Shown: positions 13,255-22,363 of the stretch, piece by piece
How positions within the stretch are numbered: the first letter of the stretch is position 1
Layout of the letters: each line of letters opens with the position of its first letter
Translations under genes and position numbers: made by a program
NCBI GenBank assembly: GCA_963663545.1
Contig: OY760505.1
Span: 224,001 to 288,000, forward strand
From: Candidatus Delongbacteria bacterium
GTDB lineage: Bacteria > CAIWAD01
Direction of reading: 5' to 3'
Length of the DNA stretch: 64,000 nucleotides
The notes under the pieces: generated by a model
The model's input: the letters and a program-made list of their open reading frames with translations, nothing else
What the model was told of the DNA's origin: nothing
The model's database searches: none

Positions 13255-13871
13255 AGTGTCACCCTTTGTTCATGTATCTGGATTTCATTGGTGGCCAACA
13301 TCTGCAAAGCAGCCGGAAAGAGGCGATGCTCGATCTCCAGTACTCGCGCTGCGATTTGCTCCGGATCGTCCGTCGGCTTTAGCTCAACCGCCTGTTGCGC
13401 CAAAATGGGGCCTTCGTCGTAGCGCTCGTTGACCAGATGGACTGTCGCGCCACTGACCCGACAACCGGCGTGCCAGACGGCCTCGTGCACGCGATGGCCG
13501 TACATGCCCTTGCCACCGAAGGCGGGAAGCAAGGCTGGATGGATGTTGAGAATGCGATCCGGATAGGCCGCCAGCAGCGCCGCAGGTAGCATGCGCAAAA
13601 ATCCGCAGAGCGCGATGAGCTCAACCGAATGCTCTCGCAGGAAGGACAACAGATCCTGTACGGCTTTCGCCTCGCCGCGCCACGTGGATCGTCCGAAAAC
13701 GGCCAAGGGCAGACCGGCCCTTTCGGCGCGCGCCAAAGCTCCGATGCCATCGCGATCGCTCACCAGGCAAACCGGTGCGAGCTCCAGCTCACGTCGCTGA
13801 TGGGCGTCGAGGATGGCTTGGAAATTTGAGCCTCCGCCGGAGGCGAAGACGGCGAGCCGCCTAGGACCCAT
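13239..13871 (-). CDS. purN: Phosphoribosylglycinamide formyltransferase
   Basis: ASGGGSNFQ, LNIHPALLP and GATVHLV...YDEGPI motifs. Confidence 0.97.
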
Positions 13872-14108
13872 GTGTGAAAACCTGTCTGCTATCGATGCTA
13901 CCCGTGGCCCGTTTCACGCAGAGAATCAGTCTGCTCCACCGAAGCGGGGACCCGCGCTCCTCCTGAAATCGCCCACTGGCCGGCTTTTCGGCGTGGACGA
14001 AGCGCAAAGACATTGCAAGATAAAGAGTTAGCCCGGTACTTCCAATGTCGGCAGTGGAATGCTGGCGCAATGCCTTACATTTATTCCCAACAAAGGCAGG
14101 AAATCGGT

Positions 14109-16079
14109 ATGAACAACAGCAAGAAAACGCGCGGGCTGAGCCCCGACGCCTATCGTGTCATGGATGGACGTGGCTATCAGCCCTATGTCCCGCCCGAAAC
14201 TAGCATGCGCGAGTTCACCCTGCGAGCGCTGGTGCTGGGAGCCATTCTGGGCATCGTTTTTGGTGCCGCCAACGCTTACCTGGGCTTGAAAGTGGGCATG
14301 ACGGTCACGGCCTCCATTCCCGTCAGCGTAATCTCGATGGCGCTTCTGCGGGGCCTGTTCAAGCGTGGTACAATTCTTGAGAACAACCTGGTGCAAACCG
14401 TGGGCAGTTCGGGCGAAAGCCTGGCGGCCGGTGTGGTCTTCACCATTCCCGCGTTGATTCTCATGGGCGAGAATCCGCGCATCCTCACCGTCTTCCTCGT
14501 GGCCGCCCTGGGCGGATTGATGGGCGTCTTCATGATGATTCCCCTCCGGCGCTGGCTGATCGTGCGCGAGCACGGCGCCTTGCCCTATCCCGAGGGAACC
14601 GGTTGCGCGGAAGTGCTGGTGGCAGGCGAGGAGGGCGGAGGCAAAGCCAAGGCCGTCGCGGGTGGCGTTATTACGGGCTTCCTCTACAAACTGCTGATGG
14701 ATTCCCACGCCTTTGCGCTCTGGAGTGATGCGCCCGAGTGGACCTTGCGAAAACTGAAAACCGCCGTCGGCATGGACGCGCTGCCTTCGCTGCTGGGCGT
14801 CGGCTTCATTATCGGTCCGCGCATCGCCGGTTGGATGTTGGCGGGCGGTGCCCTGGGCTGGCTGGTGCTCATTCCTCTCTTCGGACTGATCGGCCAGGGT
14901 TTGACCACGCCGCTCTATCCGGCCAGCGTTCCCATAGCGGAAATGGGCCCCGGTTCCATCTGGAGCAGCTACATCCGTTACATCGGCGCCGGCGCCGTGA
15001 CCCTGGGCGGTTTGATCAGCCTGGCACGTAACCTGCCGGCCATGTTCAGCGGATTCGCCGCTTTTATCAAGCAGCTCAGTACTAAGACTCCGCGAGTGAA
15101 GGCGCAGACGGACTCCGCCTCTGTACAGCGCACGGACCGCGACTTGCCCCTCAAACTGGTGCTCGGTGGCTGCCTGGCAGTGGCCCTTTGCCTGTGGCTG
15201 ATTCCGGCCATGCACCTGGGATTGAGCGGTGCGCTGCTGGTGGTGCTCTTCACCTTCTTTTTCACGGTGGTCGCCAGCCGGGTTGTGGGTCTGGTGGGAG
15301 GTAGCAGCCTGCCGGTTTCCGGCATGACCATTGCCGCGCTCCTGGGCACCAGTCTGGCCTTTGCCGCAGTGGGCTTCACGGGCACACTTGCCAAGGTGGC
15401 TGCGCTGACGGTGGGTGCCGTGGTCTGTGTGGGAATTTCCACCGCCGGGGATATCAGCCAGGATCTGAAAACCGGCTTCCTGCTTGGTGCGACACCGCGC
15501 CGCCAGCAAATGGGTGAAATCGTCGGCGTGCTTTCCAGCGCCATTTTCATCGGTCTGATCATCTATCTGCTGCACGAAGCCTTCGGCATTGGTTCCCGCG
15601 AGCTCTCAGCTCCGCAGGCCACACTGATGAAGCTGGTGGTCGACGGTGTGCTGGACGGCAATCTGCCCTGGACACTGGTCTTCGTGGGGGCTGCTATTTC
15701 GCTGGTTGTCGAGCTGCTGGGCGTCAACAGTCTGCCCTTTGCGGTCGGTCTTTATCTGCCCATGAGCCTCTCGGTCCCGGTAATGCTGGGCGGTAGCATG
15801 CGTTGGCTGATGGAGCGTCACCCGAAGCGCAGTGAGGAAGACAAGCGCCAGGGACGCGAACGCGGAGTGCTATTGGCCAGCGGCCTTATCGCAGGTGAGG
15901 CGGTGTTGGGCATGTTCATTGCCGGTTTCATTGTGTTGAAGAAGCGCCTGGAATGGGATTTTGAATTGGCCATTCCACATTTTTGGGGCGCACAGGTAGA
16001 AGGCTGGCTGGGATTCCTGTTCCTGATGGGACTGGCCGCCGTGTTCTTCTACTTGGTGCAGAAACGACATGCCGAGTGA
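14109..16079 (+). CDS. OPT-family oligopeptide transporter
   Basis: NAYLGLKVG, LPYPEG, SQDLKTG and APQATLM motifs; ATG at 14109 preceded by AGGA. Confidence 0.93.
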   Translation: MNNSKKTRGLSPDAYRVMDGRGYQPYVPPETSMREFTLRALVLGAILGIVFGAANAYLGLKVGMTVTASIPVSVISMALLRGLFKRGTILENNLVQTVGSSGESLAAGVVFTIPALILMGENPRILTVFLVAALGGLMGVFMMIPLRRWLIVREHGALPYPEGTGCAEVLVAGEEGGGKAKAVAGGVITGFLYKLLMDSHAFALWSDAPEWTLRKLKTAVGMDALPSLLGVGFIIGPRIAGWMLAGGALGWLVLIPLFGLIGQGLTTPLYPASVPIAEMGPGSIWSSYIRYIGAGAVTLGGLISLARNLPAMFSGFAAFIKQLSTKTPRVKAQTDSASVQRTDRDLPLKLVLGGCLAVALCLWLIPAMHLGLSGALLVVLFTFFFTVVASRVVGLVGGSSLPVSGMTIAALLGTSLAFAAVGFTGTLAKVAALTVGAVVCVGISTAGDISQDLKTGFLLGATPRRQQMGEIVGVLSSAIFIGLIIYLLHEAFGIGSRELSAPQATLMKLVVDGVLDGNLPWTLVFVGAAISLVVELLGVNSLPFAVGLYLPMSLSVPVMLGGSMRWLMERHPKRSEEDKRQGRERGVLLASGLIAGEAVLGMFIAGFIVLKKRLEWDFELAIPHFWGAQVEGWLGFLFLMGLAAVFFYLVQKRHAE

Positions 16080-16085
16080 TACAAA

Positions 16086-16544
16086 TCAGTCGTGTGACAC
16101 GGGGAGCTTCGGCTCCCCATTTTGTGATACAGCCGCCTCTGCGGCTGTCTTTCTCCAGGTAGGCAATAAATAGATGTGAGCGCTGACAGCCAGCACAACC
16201 ACGGCCAAAAGGAGTTGCACCCACCATGCCACTGAGACGCGCCAGCATGTGAAGGCAACGCCTCCCCAGAGCAAGAACAGACTTCCCAGCTTGTGTGATA
16301 CACTCATACCCAACCCTTGTTGATAACGTCTTAGATAAGGGCCGCACAATCGGTTGTGATACAGCCAATGGCTGAAACGACGGGAGGATCGTGCAAAACA
16401 GGCAGCAGCCAGTAGCAGAAAGGGTGTAGTAGGGAGCAGCGGCAAGAAGATCCCCAGGAAACCAAGAGCGACACAGAGGCCGCCAAGGGTGATAAGCGAG
16501 ATACGCAGCAAGCGGGAGTCTGTAATACGAGGAGGGTTTTTCAT
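16086..16544 (-). CDS. YbaN / DUF454 family membrane protein
   Basis: GIFLPLLPTTPFLLLAAACFARSS signature. Confidence 0.9.
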   Translation of the reverse strand: MKNPPRITDSRLLRISLITLGGLCVALGFLGIFLPLLPTTPFLLLAAACFARSSRRFSHWLYHNRLCGPYLRRYQQGLGMSVSHKLGSLFLLWGGVAFTCWRVSVAWWVQLLLAVVVLAVSAHIYLLPTWRKTAAEAAVSQNGEPKLPVSHD

Positions 16545-16565
16545 CGGAAGTCTTTCAACACCTGT

Positions 16566-17456
16566 TCACCGATGCTGGTGCGGATACTCGGCTGCAAGCT
16601 GCTCTGTGATACGGGGAAGTTCGCCAAGCACATTGCGCAAACGATCCAGATTCAAGGGCAATTCGAGAGGTAAGGGTACGGGTAGTTGCGCAGCTGCAGT
16701 CGTGGAGGGCGCCAGGCATGCAGCATCCAATCCGAGGTGCGCGAATAACAAACGAGCAAACTCCTCACGACTAAGGTAATCGCAGCTTCCCACATTCAGC
16801 ACGCCGCTAAGAGTCTCGTTCTCGAGCAAACGTTGTATTACACGGCACACTTCGCCAACTGCGATTGTGTGCCGGCGATTGTCGTTGAACACGGGCACAC
16901 GGCCCTCGTGGTAACGCGCCAGCAGCCACTCGGAAAAACTGTTGCGTCCCGGTCGCGACGTGCCGAAAAGCAGGCTGAGGCGCATGACAAGAGCTTCCGG
17001 GCAGAGCTCGGCAATGGCCGCCTCGGCTTCCATCTTGCTGCGACCATAGTCATGCACTGGAGCCAGCGGGTCCGTCTCACACCAGGGTTTGCCACCGGAA
17101 GCAGCATCGGCATAGACAGTATCACTGGAGCAAAAAAGCAGGCGACGATCACGCCTGCGACACCAGCCAGCCATTTCGCGTGTGGCAACAACGTTCACTT
17201 GCCAGCAGGTGCGCGGATCCTCGGCAAAGGCAAGCGGCCGTGATACGGCCGCAGTATGCATGACGATGTCGGGATTCAACGCATTCAATCGATCGGTGAT
17301 CAAATGCGTGTCCGCCAAGTCGAGAGTGAGCGTTTCGCACTCCGCATCGGACTCTTCGCGATTGACGATCCCGCTCAATTCAACTTTTCCTTGCAGGCGT
17401 TGCGCCAGTCGTGCGCCAAGGAATCCGCTGATTCCACTGATGAGCACACGCTTCAT
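16566..17456 (-). CDS. Extended SDR, RmlD-like sugar-nucleotide reductase
   Basis: GISGFLG Rossmann motif, SSDTVY, YGRSK. Confidence 0.85.
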   Translation of the reverse strand: MKRVLISGISGFLGARLAQRLQGKVELSGIVNREESDAECETLTLDLADTHLITDRLNALNPDIVMHTAAVSRPLAFAEDPRTCWQVNVVATREMAGWCRRRDRRLLFCSSDTVYADAASGGKPWCETDPLAPVHDYGRSKMEAEAAIAELCPEALVMRLSLLFGTSRPGRNSFSEWLLARYHEGRVPVFNDNRRHTIAVGEVCRVIQRLLENETLSGVLNVGSCDYLSREEFARLLFAHLGLDAACLAPSTTAAAQLPVPLPLELPLNLDRLRNVLGELPRITEQLAAEYPHQHR

Positions 17457-18199
17457 CGCGGCAGCAGATTGCAGTGTATCACAAGTCCGGGACGATTATT
17501 CACCATGCCGATCTCGGCCTGGGGAAGTTTCGTTTCCGTGATCTGATCGGCGGTGCCCACTAGACGCAGCGCGTGAACCGCAGAAAAGATATGGTTGACG
17601 ACAAGGACACCCACCGTTGCCAGAGCCGCACTGTAGGCGTCCTCCGAGTAAGCGCGCGTATCACGGTACCGCACGCGCTCGTCACGACTCGTCCAACTCC
17701 ACGCCTCTGCAGGATCCAGGATCCGCCTCGCTGGCGTATTGTTCTGCAGCATGGCTTCGTTGTACTCCTCCACGGAGTCGTACTTGCCAATATTCACCCA
17801 GAAGTCGCTATTGCGCGAATGACGGCTGACACCAGCGTAGAGCTCGGCCTGGCTCATGTATTCGTGCTCTTTCATGCGCGCGAACTCGTAGAAGCCCCAT
17901 GTGGCTCCCGCCAACGCGACTTCCGCCCACAGCTGCCAGCGACCGCTGCCTTTGAGCTCCGGGTATGTCTTGGCAACGGCCCGTTGTCCCCACGTGGGAA
18001 TCAGCAGGCTGCGTGAGAAAGCGCCGAATCCTGAAACCGCACCTGCACGCCGATGGGCATGCAGCTCCTGTCTGACTTCACGGCGCTGAGCCAGCAGACT
18101 ATCGGCTTGTTGCGGATCGCCGTGGAAAATCACCGCTTGGGCTGGCAGCACACTCAGCAATATTGCAGCAAGCAGCAGTGTATGTGTGATACGTCGCAT
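17453..18199 (-). CDS. Hypothetical exported/membrane protein (paralog of 18223-19107)
   Basis: Signal peptide after GAGGAG RBS; SLLIPTWGQ, NIGKY and LVVNH motifs. Confidence 0.75.
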   Translation of the reverse strand: MRRITHTLLLAAILLSVLPAQAVIFHGDPQQADSLLAQRREVRQELHAHRRAGAVSGFGAFSRSLLIPTWGQRAVAKTYPELKGSGRWQLWAEVALAGATWGFYEFARMKEHEYMSQAELYAGVSRHSRNSDFWVNIGKYDSVEEYNEAMLQNNTPARRILDPAEAWSWTSRDERVRYRDTRAYSEDAYSAALATVGVLVVNHIFSAVHALRLVGTADQITETKLPQAEIGMVNNRPGLVIHCNLLPR

Positions 18200-18222
18200 T
18201 TTATCTCCTCTGTGCCTCGCTC

Positions 18223-19107
18223 TCACAGCCCGCGAAATGACCAGGACAGCTGCACGGTCGTCACAGGTGCAACCTCCATCGGCAATTGCCGTGTCGACAC
18301 CTGCCAGCGATCCAGATCGTACCAGGTATCCGCGCGCTGCTCGTGTCGGTTGTTACGAGCGCGGCGTATCACAACATCCATGAAGCTGACTACATGATTC
18401 ACAACCAGCAAGCCCAGCCAGTTGTCGGCAGCGATCAGTTTATCGTTCGCCTCAGTACGCATGTCCATGTAGCGGCTGCTGTTGGGCGTGAAGTAGGTCA
18501 CGGACCACTCGCTATCGAAGTCGGACCAGCCGCGCTGGAATTGCGCGTATTTGCCGATCATCTCGAAGAACTGCTGTGTCTCAGTGACGGTAAAGTGATT
18601 CCAGGATTGATAGTCGCCAATATCCCATCCCAGCTCATAGTGTCCGGGAAGCACATGGCTGCCCAGCCCGGTTCCGTCCTCTGCTTCATCGCCTGTTCCG
18701 TTGATGCCATCCTCACCGGGATTCATGTAGGCTTCTTCCAACGCATACTCGTGCCGATCTACGCGGTTGGTGATGAAGGTTTCGTAGCTCCAGTTCTCGC
18801 GGGCGTATTCCTGAAACTCGCGCTCCAGATCATGCCCCTCGTTACTGAGTTTGCTGCTGATAGCCAAAGCACCGGCCTCAACGGCGACGAAGACGGCTGT
18901 TTTCCACCATTCGCCATGCACGGCCTGATTGAAGCCGGGTAAGAACAACCCCTCCAGCAATTCCAACCCAGCGGGATGGCTGCTACCGGAGAACTCGCTC
19001 TCAGCCGCCAGAAGTTCACTGTCCAGGTGGAAGAGCTGGCTGTGCAGATCCTGAGCCATTACCGGCAGGCTACAGCTCAACAGGGTTAGCAGTAAGGACA
19101 AACGCAT
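18223..19107 (-). CDS. Hypothetical exported/membrane protein (paralog of 17453-18199)
   Basis: Signal peptide (MA-QD); FLPGFNQ, MIGKY and LVVNH motifs. Confidence 0.75.
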   Translation of the reverse strand: MRLSLLLTLLSCSLPVMAQDLHSQLFHLDSELLAAESEFSGSSHPAGLELLEGLFLPGFNQAVHGEWWKTAVFVAVEAGALAISSKLSNEGHDLEREFQEYARENWSYETFITNRVDRHEYALEEAYMNPGEDGINGTGDEAEDGTGLGSHVLPGHYELGWDIGDYQSWNHFTVTETQQFFEMIGKYAQFQRGWSDFDSEWSVTYFTPNSSRYMDMRTEANDKLIAADNWLGLLVVNHVVSFMDVVIRRARNNRHEQRADTWYDLDRWQVSTRQLPMEVAPVTTVQLSWSFRGL

Positions 19108-19116
19108 GATCTTCCC

Positions 19117-22100
19117 CTAGAAAGTATTGAAGTCGAAGAGCACCGTCAGATACCAACGCCACTCCCGACCGTACATGTCGTTTTCATTCAACTCGTTGAC
19201 ACGGAACTCATCGAATCCGTAGGCCGCTGTGAAGGTGATGGCGGTGGGCATGCTGTTCCATGAATCCAGCGCAAGCTTCAGATCAACGCCCGCCTCGCTC
19301 TTCAGATCAAAGCCCGTATTGATGAAGGCACCGTCGCTGTCGATGCGGTCTTCGTCACACCATGCCTCACCCGCACCAGCAAATAGATTCAGATAGGCGC
19401 GCTTGAAGTACAGTGTCCCCAGGCGGACTCCCGTGCGCTGAATCAGCGGGAAGCCAAGATTCGTGTGCAATACGGCACTGCGCGTTCCACCCAGGCTGTA
19501 ATACGAATAGCCCTTCATTCCTGTCAGACCACCCGCATAGGTGTAGAAGAAATCGTCGACATCGTCCTGTGTTACATAGGAACCGCGGAAATCCACACCC
19601 ACAGCGGCGCTGTGCCACCAGGGAACGGACCAGTTACGTCCCAGACGCAGATCGAGTTGGCCGAAATTGTATTTGTCATACACTTCCGCCAGCAGACCGG
19701 AGGGTGTTACCTCAAACTCGGTCATGAACTCGTCCATGCGTTGTTGATAGTCCAGGTCCAGCCAACTGCGATTGTGAGGATTGATGTAATCATCAACGCG
19801 CGTGCTGTGATCCATCTCCCAGTGATAACGCATAAACAGACCGAAGCCGCGTAAATAGTCGTAGTTGACCGTGAGATGGCTTTTACCCTTGTAGCGTGCC
19901 GAGTAGTTCGACCAGCGCACTCCCACTTCGCCCGTGGAGGTATCATTCAAGCGACGACGAAAACCGCTCTCCGCCTCATAGAGATAGAAGCGGTAATCCA
20001 CACTGTAGGTATCGAAAATGGGATCGCCCTCTTCGTCCTCGTCAAGGATCACGTAAGTGTCGTCAAAGCTGTTGATGGCATCACGGTGCATCACGTAGAG
20101 ATCGCCAAACCAGGTAAACTGTCCCAGCGCCCAGGTGGCACCCGTGTAGATGTCGAGATTTGTAACACGCGCGACCGCAAGTGCGGCACTGTAACTGACC
20201 CGTTCCATCAGATCGGTGTTCAGGACGTACAAGCCCGGCTTGACGACGCCATCATCGATCATCACACGCGGCATGATAAAGGGTTTCTCGAAAACAAGGC
20301 CCATTGGCCGGTAATCGCGTTGCGTCGGCGCGCTGTCGTTTTTCCTGGGCGGAATAATCTCAAGTACATCCTGCCGGTAGCTGGTCTTCTCAGCTGGAAT
20401 CGCCGCGAAATCAGCCAACTCGTTCAAACGGAATCCGCCCGCACGGAACTCGGCAAAGTAGAGCGTGTCACGATAGCAGGCAGGTGTAAAGGCTCCGCCA
20501 GGAACGTTGGTGATACACTCGGCATCTGAAAGCGTGCTCCCTGTAATGCGGGCGCGATAAATGTTATAGATACCGGTGAGATCCTGACTGTAATACAGCC
20601 AACCGTCGACCACCTGCGGCGTGCGTTCGTCATAGTCGGTGGCCAACAACTCGCGCACTTCACCGCTAACGGCATCGACCATCACGAGATCACGTCCATG
20701 AAAGGCGTTGCGGGCAACAACAACCGTCTCGCCGTCGGGCATCCAATCCGGCTGATAAAACTGAGTGCCGAAGGAGGAATGCGTGAGGGCTCGCGGTTCC
20801 AGAAAGGAAAGGTTCTTACGCTGACGCTTGCTCATGGCTTTGTACTCTTCGCCACTCAGGTCATCCAGAGTCAGCAGCACGAGTTCACTACTGCCGCCGC
20901 CATTCTTCACGCAGACCAGACTGTGTCCATCGGCGGCCAATGCCGGCTGGCTCAGTCGCTGATGCTCTGTCAATTGGCGAGACAGCTTCTGCTCGATGTA
21001 GTACACGAAAATATCACGCAGATGACTGCCGTACTTGTCCGGACTGGAGAGCTTCGAGTAGATCAGCGCCTTTCCGTCCGAGCTCAAGCAGAATGCGCCG
21101 CGAGCTGTTGAAACGACTTTCTCGCGCGTGTGCTGCTCGCGATCGTAGCGCCAGATACCGGTTTGTCCCAGCCAATCGGCATCGCCGTTACTGAGGTAAT
21201 AGACATAGCGGCCATCGGGTGATACAACGGGATACATGTTGTTGCCAGGACCGTATTCATCGCTGGGACCGCGCTGATCACCGCTCCAATCGGCAATAAA
21301 ACTACCCGGCAGAAGGCTCTCTTCTGTGATACCACCACGCGGTGAAGTCAGCTGATCCCCGCGTCCTTCGGGACCGCTGGCCCCCTGTGATACAGGCACA
21401 CTTGCGCTGATGCGTACACCGGAGACTTCGTTCTGTAGGACATTCGCCAGATGCGAATCGTAATACTCGCTCCGTTCGCGCTTCCAGTTTTCGTAGAGCT
21501 CACGTCCTCCAATGCCCACGGCGTCGCGAATCGCTTTATCCATGGAGATACGCAGGGGCTTGGAAAGTTCATTCATGATACGGCGCAGGGCGTCAGGGCC
21601 ATAGGTGGCGTTGATGTAACTCACCAGGTGAAAGCCCGTATTGTACACACTCTCGCTACCCACCGTATTCTTGTCGAAAGCGTTAATCTCGTTCCACGGA
21701 AAGAAATGGTCGTGTATCACGCGGTCGCGCAGCAGCATATCACGCTGACTGTCCAGGTAGTCATAGTGCGCACCTTCGGCCTGAAACTGCGCCGTACCCT
21801 CGGCGAACCACATGGGGACTACGGTTCCCAGGTAGGGATAGCTGGCTACCACATTGGGAAAGCCCTGCAGTACGTCGTTACGCTTTTCCTTCTCGTAATC
21901 CATGACCTGCAGATAGAGCCCCGGCATCAGCCTACTGAACTTGCGCGCGGCACCCAGCGAGATAATATGTGTGAACTCGTGTGTCACCACATTGCGCAGC
22001 CAGTTGTGCTGACCGCGTAGGTCGAAGTCCAGACTCGTCGCCCAGATAATCAGCTTATTGTTGTAGAAGTAGGCGCCGCCGTTGCTGTAATCGTCCGTGT

Positions 22101-22362
22101 CGTAGAAGACGACCTGTAGCTTGGTATCGGGCTCGTAGTGATACAATTCCGTTACCGGCCCCCAGATATCCTCGACGATGTCTGCCACGACCAGACCCAG
22201 TTCATCCAGACCTTGGTGAACGTGTACTTCGCAGTGCTCTGTGCTTAGCGATTGCCAGTCAAGCTCGGGATGATTCCAGGGAACAGGCTGAGCCTGCAGC
22301 AGCGGGGGGGCACAAGCCAGCACAAGCGCGATGAGGATTGGAAGGGATATCGTGTACTTCAT
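19117..22362 (-). CDS. Large exported protein: gluzincin-type peptidase domain, TolB-like beta-propeller, putative C-terminal OM barrel
   Basis: Signal peptide; VTHEFTH plus WFAEGTAQ; SPDG/SSDG/MPDG repeats; GGLTGMKGY loop; terminal Phe. Confidence 0.8.
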   Translation of the reverse strand: MKYTISLPILIALVLACAPPLLQAQPVPWNHPELDWQSLSTEHCEVHVHQGLDELGLVVADIVEDIWGPVTELYHYEPDTKLQVVFYDTDDYSNGGAYFYNNKLIIWATSLDFDLRGQHNWLRNVVTHEFTHIISLGAARKFSRLMPGLYLQVMDYEKEKRNDVLQGFPNVVASYPYLGTVVPMWFAEGTAQFQAEGAHYDYLDSQRDMLLRDRVIHDHFFPWNEINAFDKNTVGSESVYNTGFHLVSYINATYGPDALRRIMNELSKPLRISMDKAIRDAVGIGGRELYENWKRERSEYYDSHLANVLQNEVSGVRISASVPVSQGASGPEGRGDQLTSPRGGITEESLLPGSFIADWSGDQRGPSDEYGPGNNMYPVVSPDGRYVYYLSNGDADWLGQTGIWRYDREQHTREKVVSTARGAFCLSSDGKALIYSKLSSPDKYGSHLRDIFVYYIEQKLSRQLTEHQRLSQPALAADGHSLVCVKNGGGSSELVLLTLDDLSGEEYKAMSKRQRKNLSFLEPRALTHSSFGTQFYQPDWMPDGETVVVARNAFHGRDLVMVDAVSGEVRELLATDYDERTPQVVDGWLYYSQDLTGIYNIYRARITGSTLSDAECITNVPGGAFTPACYRDTLYFAEFRAGGFRLNELADFAAIPAEKTSYRQDVLEIIPPRKNDSAPTQRDYRPMGLVFEKPFIMPRVMIDDGVVKPGLYVLNTDLMERVSYSAALAVARVTNLDIYTGATWALGQFTWFGDLYVMHRDAINSFDDTYVILDEDEEGDPIFDTYSVDYRFYLYEAESGFRRRLNDTSTGEVGVRWSNYSARYKGKSHLTVNYDYLRGFGLFMRYHWEMDHSTRVDDYINPHNRSWLDLDYQQRMDEFMTEFEVTPSGLLAEVYDKYNFGQLDLRLGRNWSVPWWHSAAVGVDFRGSYVTQDDVDDFFYTYAGGLTGMKGYSYYSLGGTRSAVLHTNLGFPLIQRTGVRLGTLYFKRAYLNLFAGAGEAWCDEDRIDSDGAFINTGFDLKSEAGVDLKLALDSWNSMPTAITFTAAYGFDEFRVNELNENDMYGREWRWYLTVLFDFNTF

Positions 22363-22363
22363 C

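Noticed and set aside
13872-14108. ZMP/ZTP riboswitch upstream of purN-purH
   Set aside because: Conserved GACTGGCG...GGGAGC and CGCCTGGGC elements not found.
14028-15575. 515-aa minus-strand ORF
   Set aside because: Antisense shadow of the OPT transporter.
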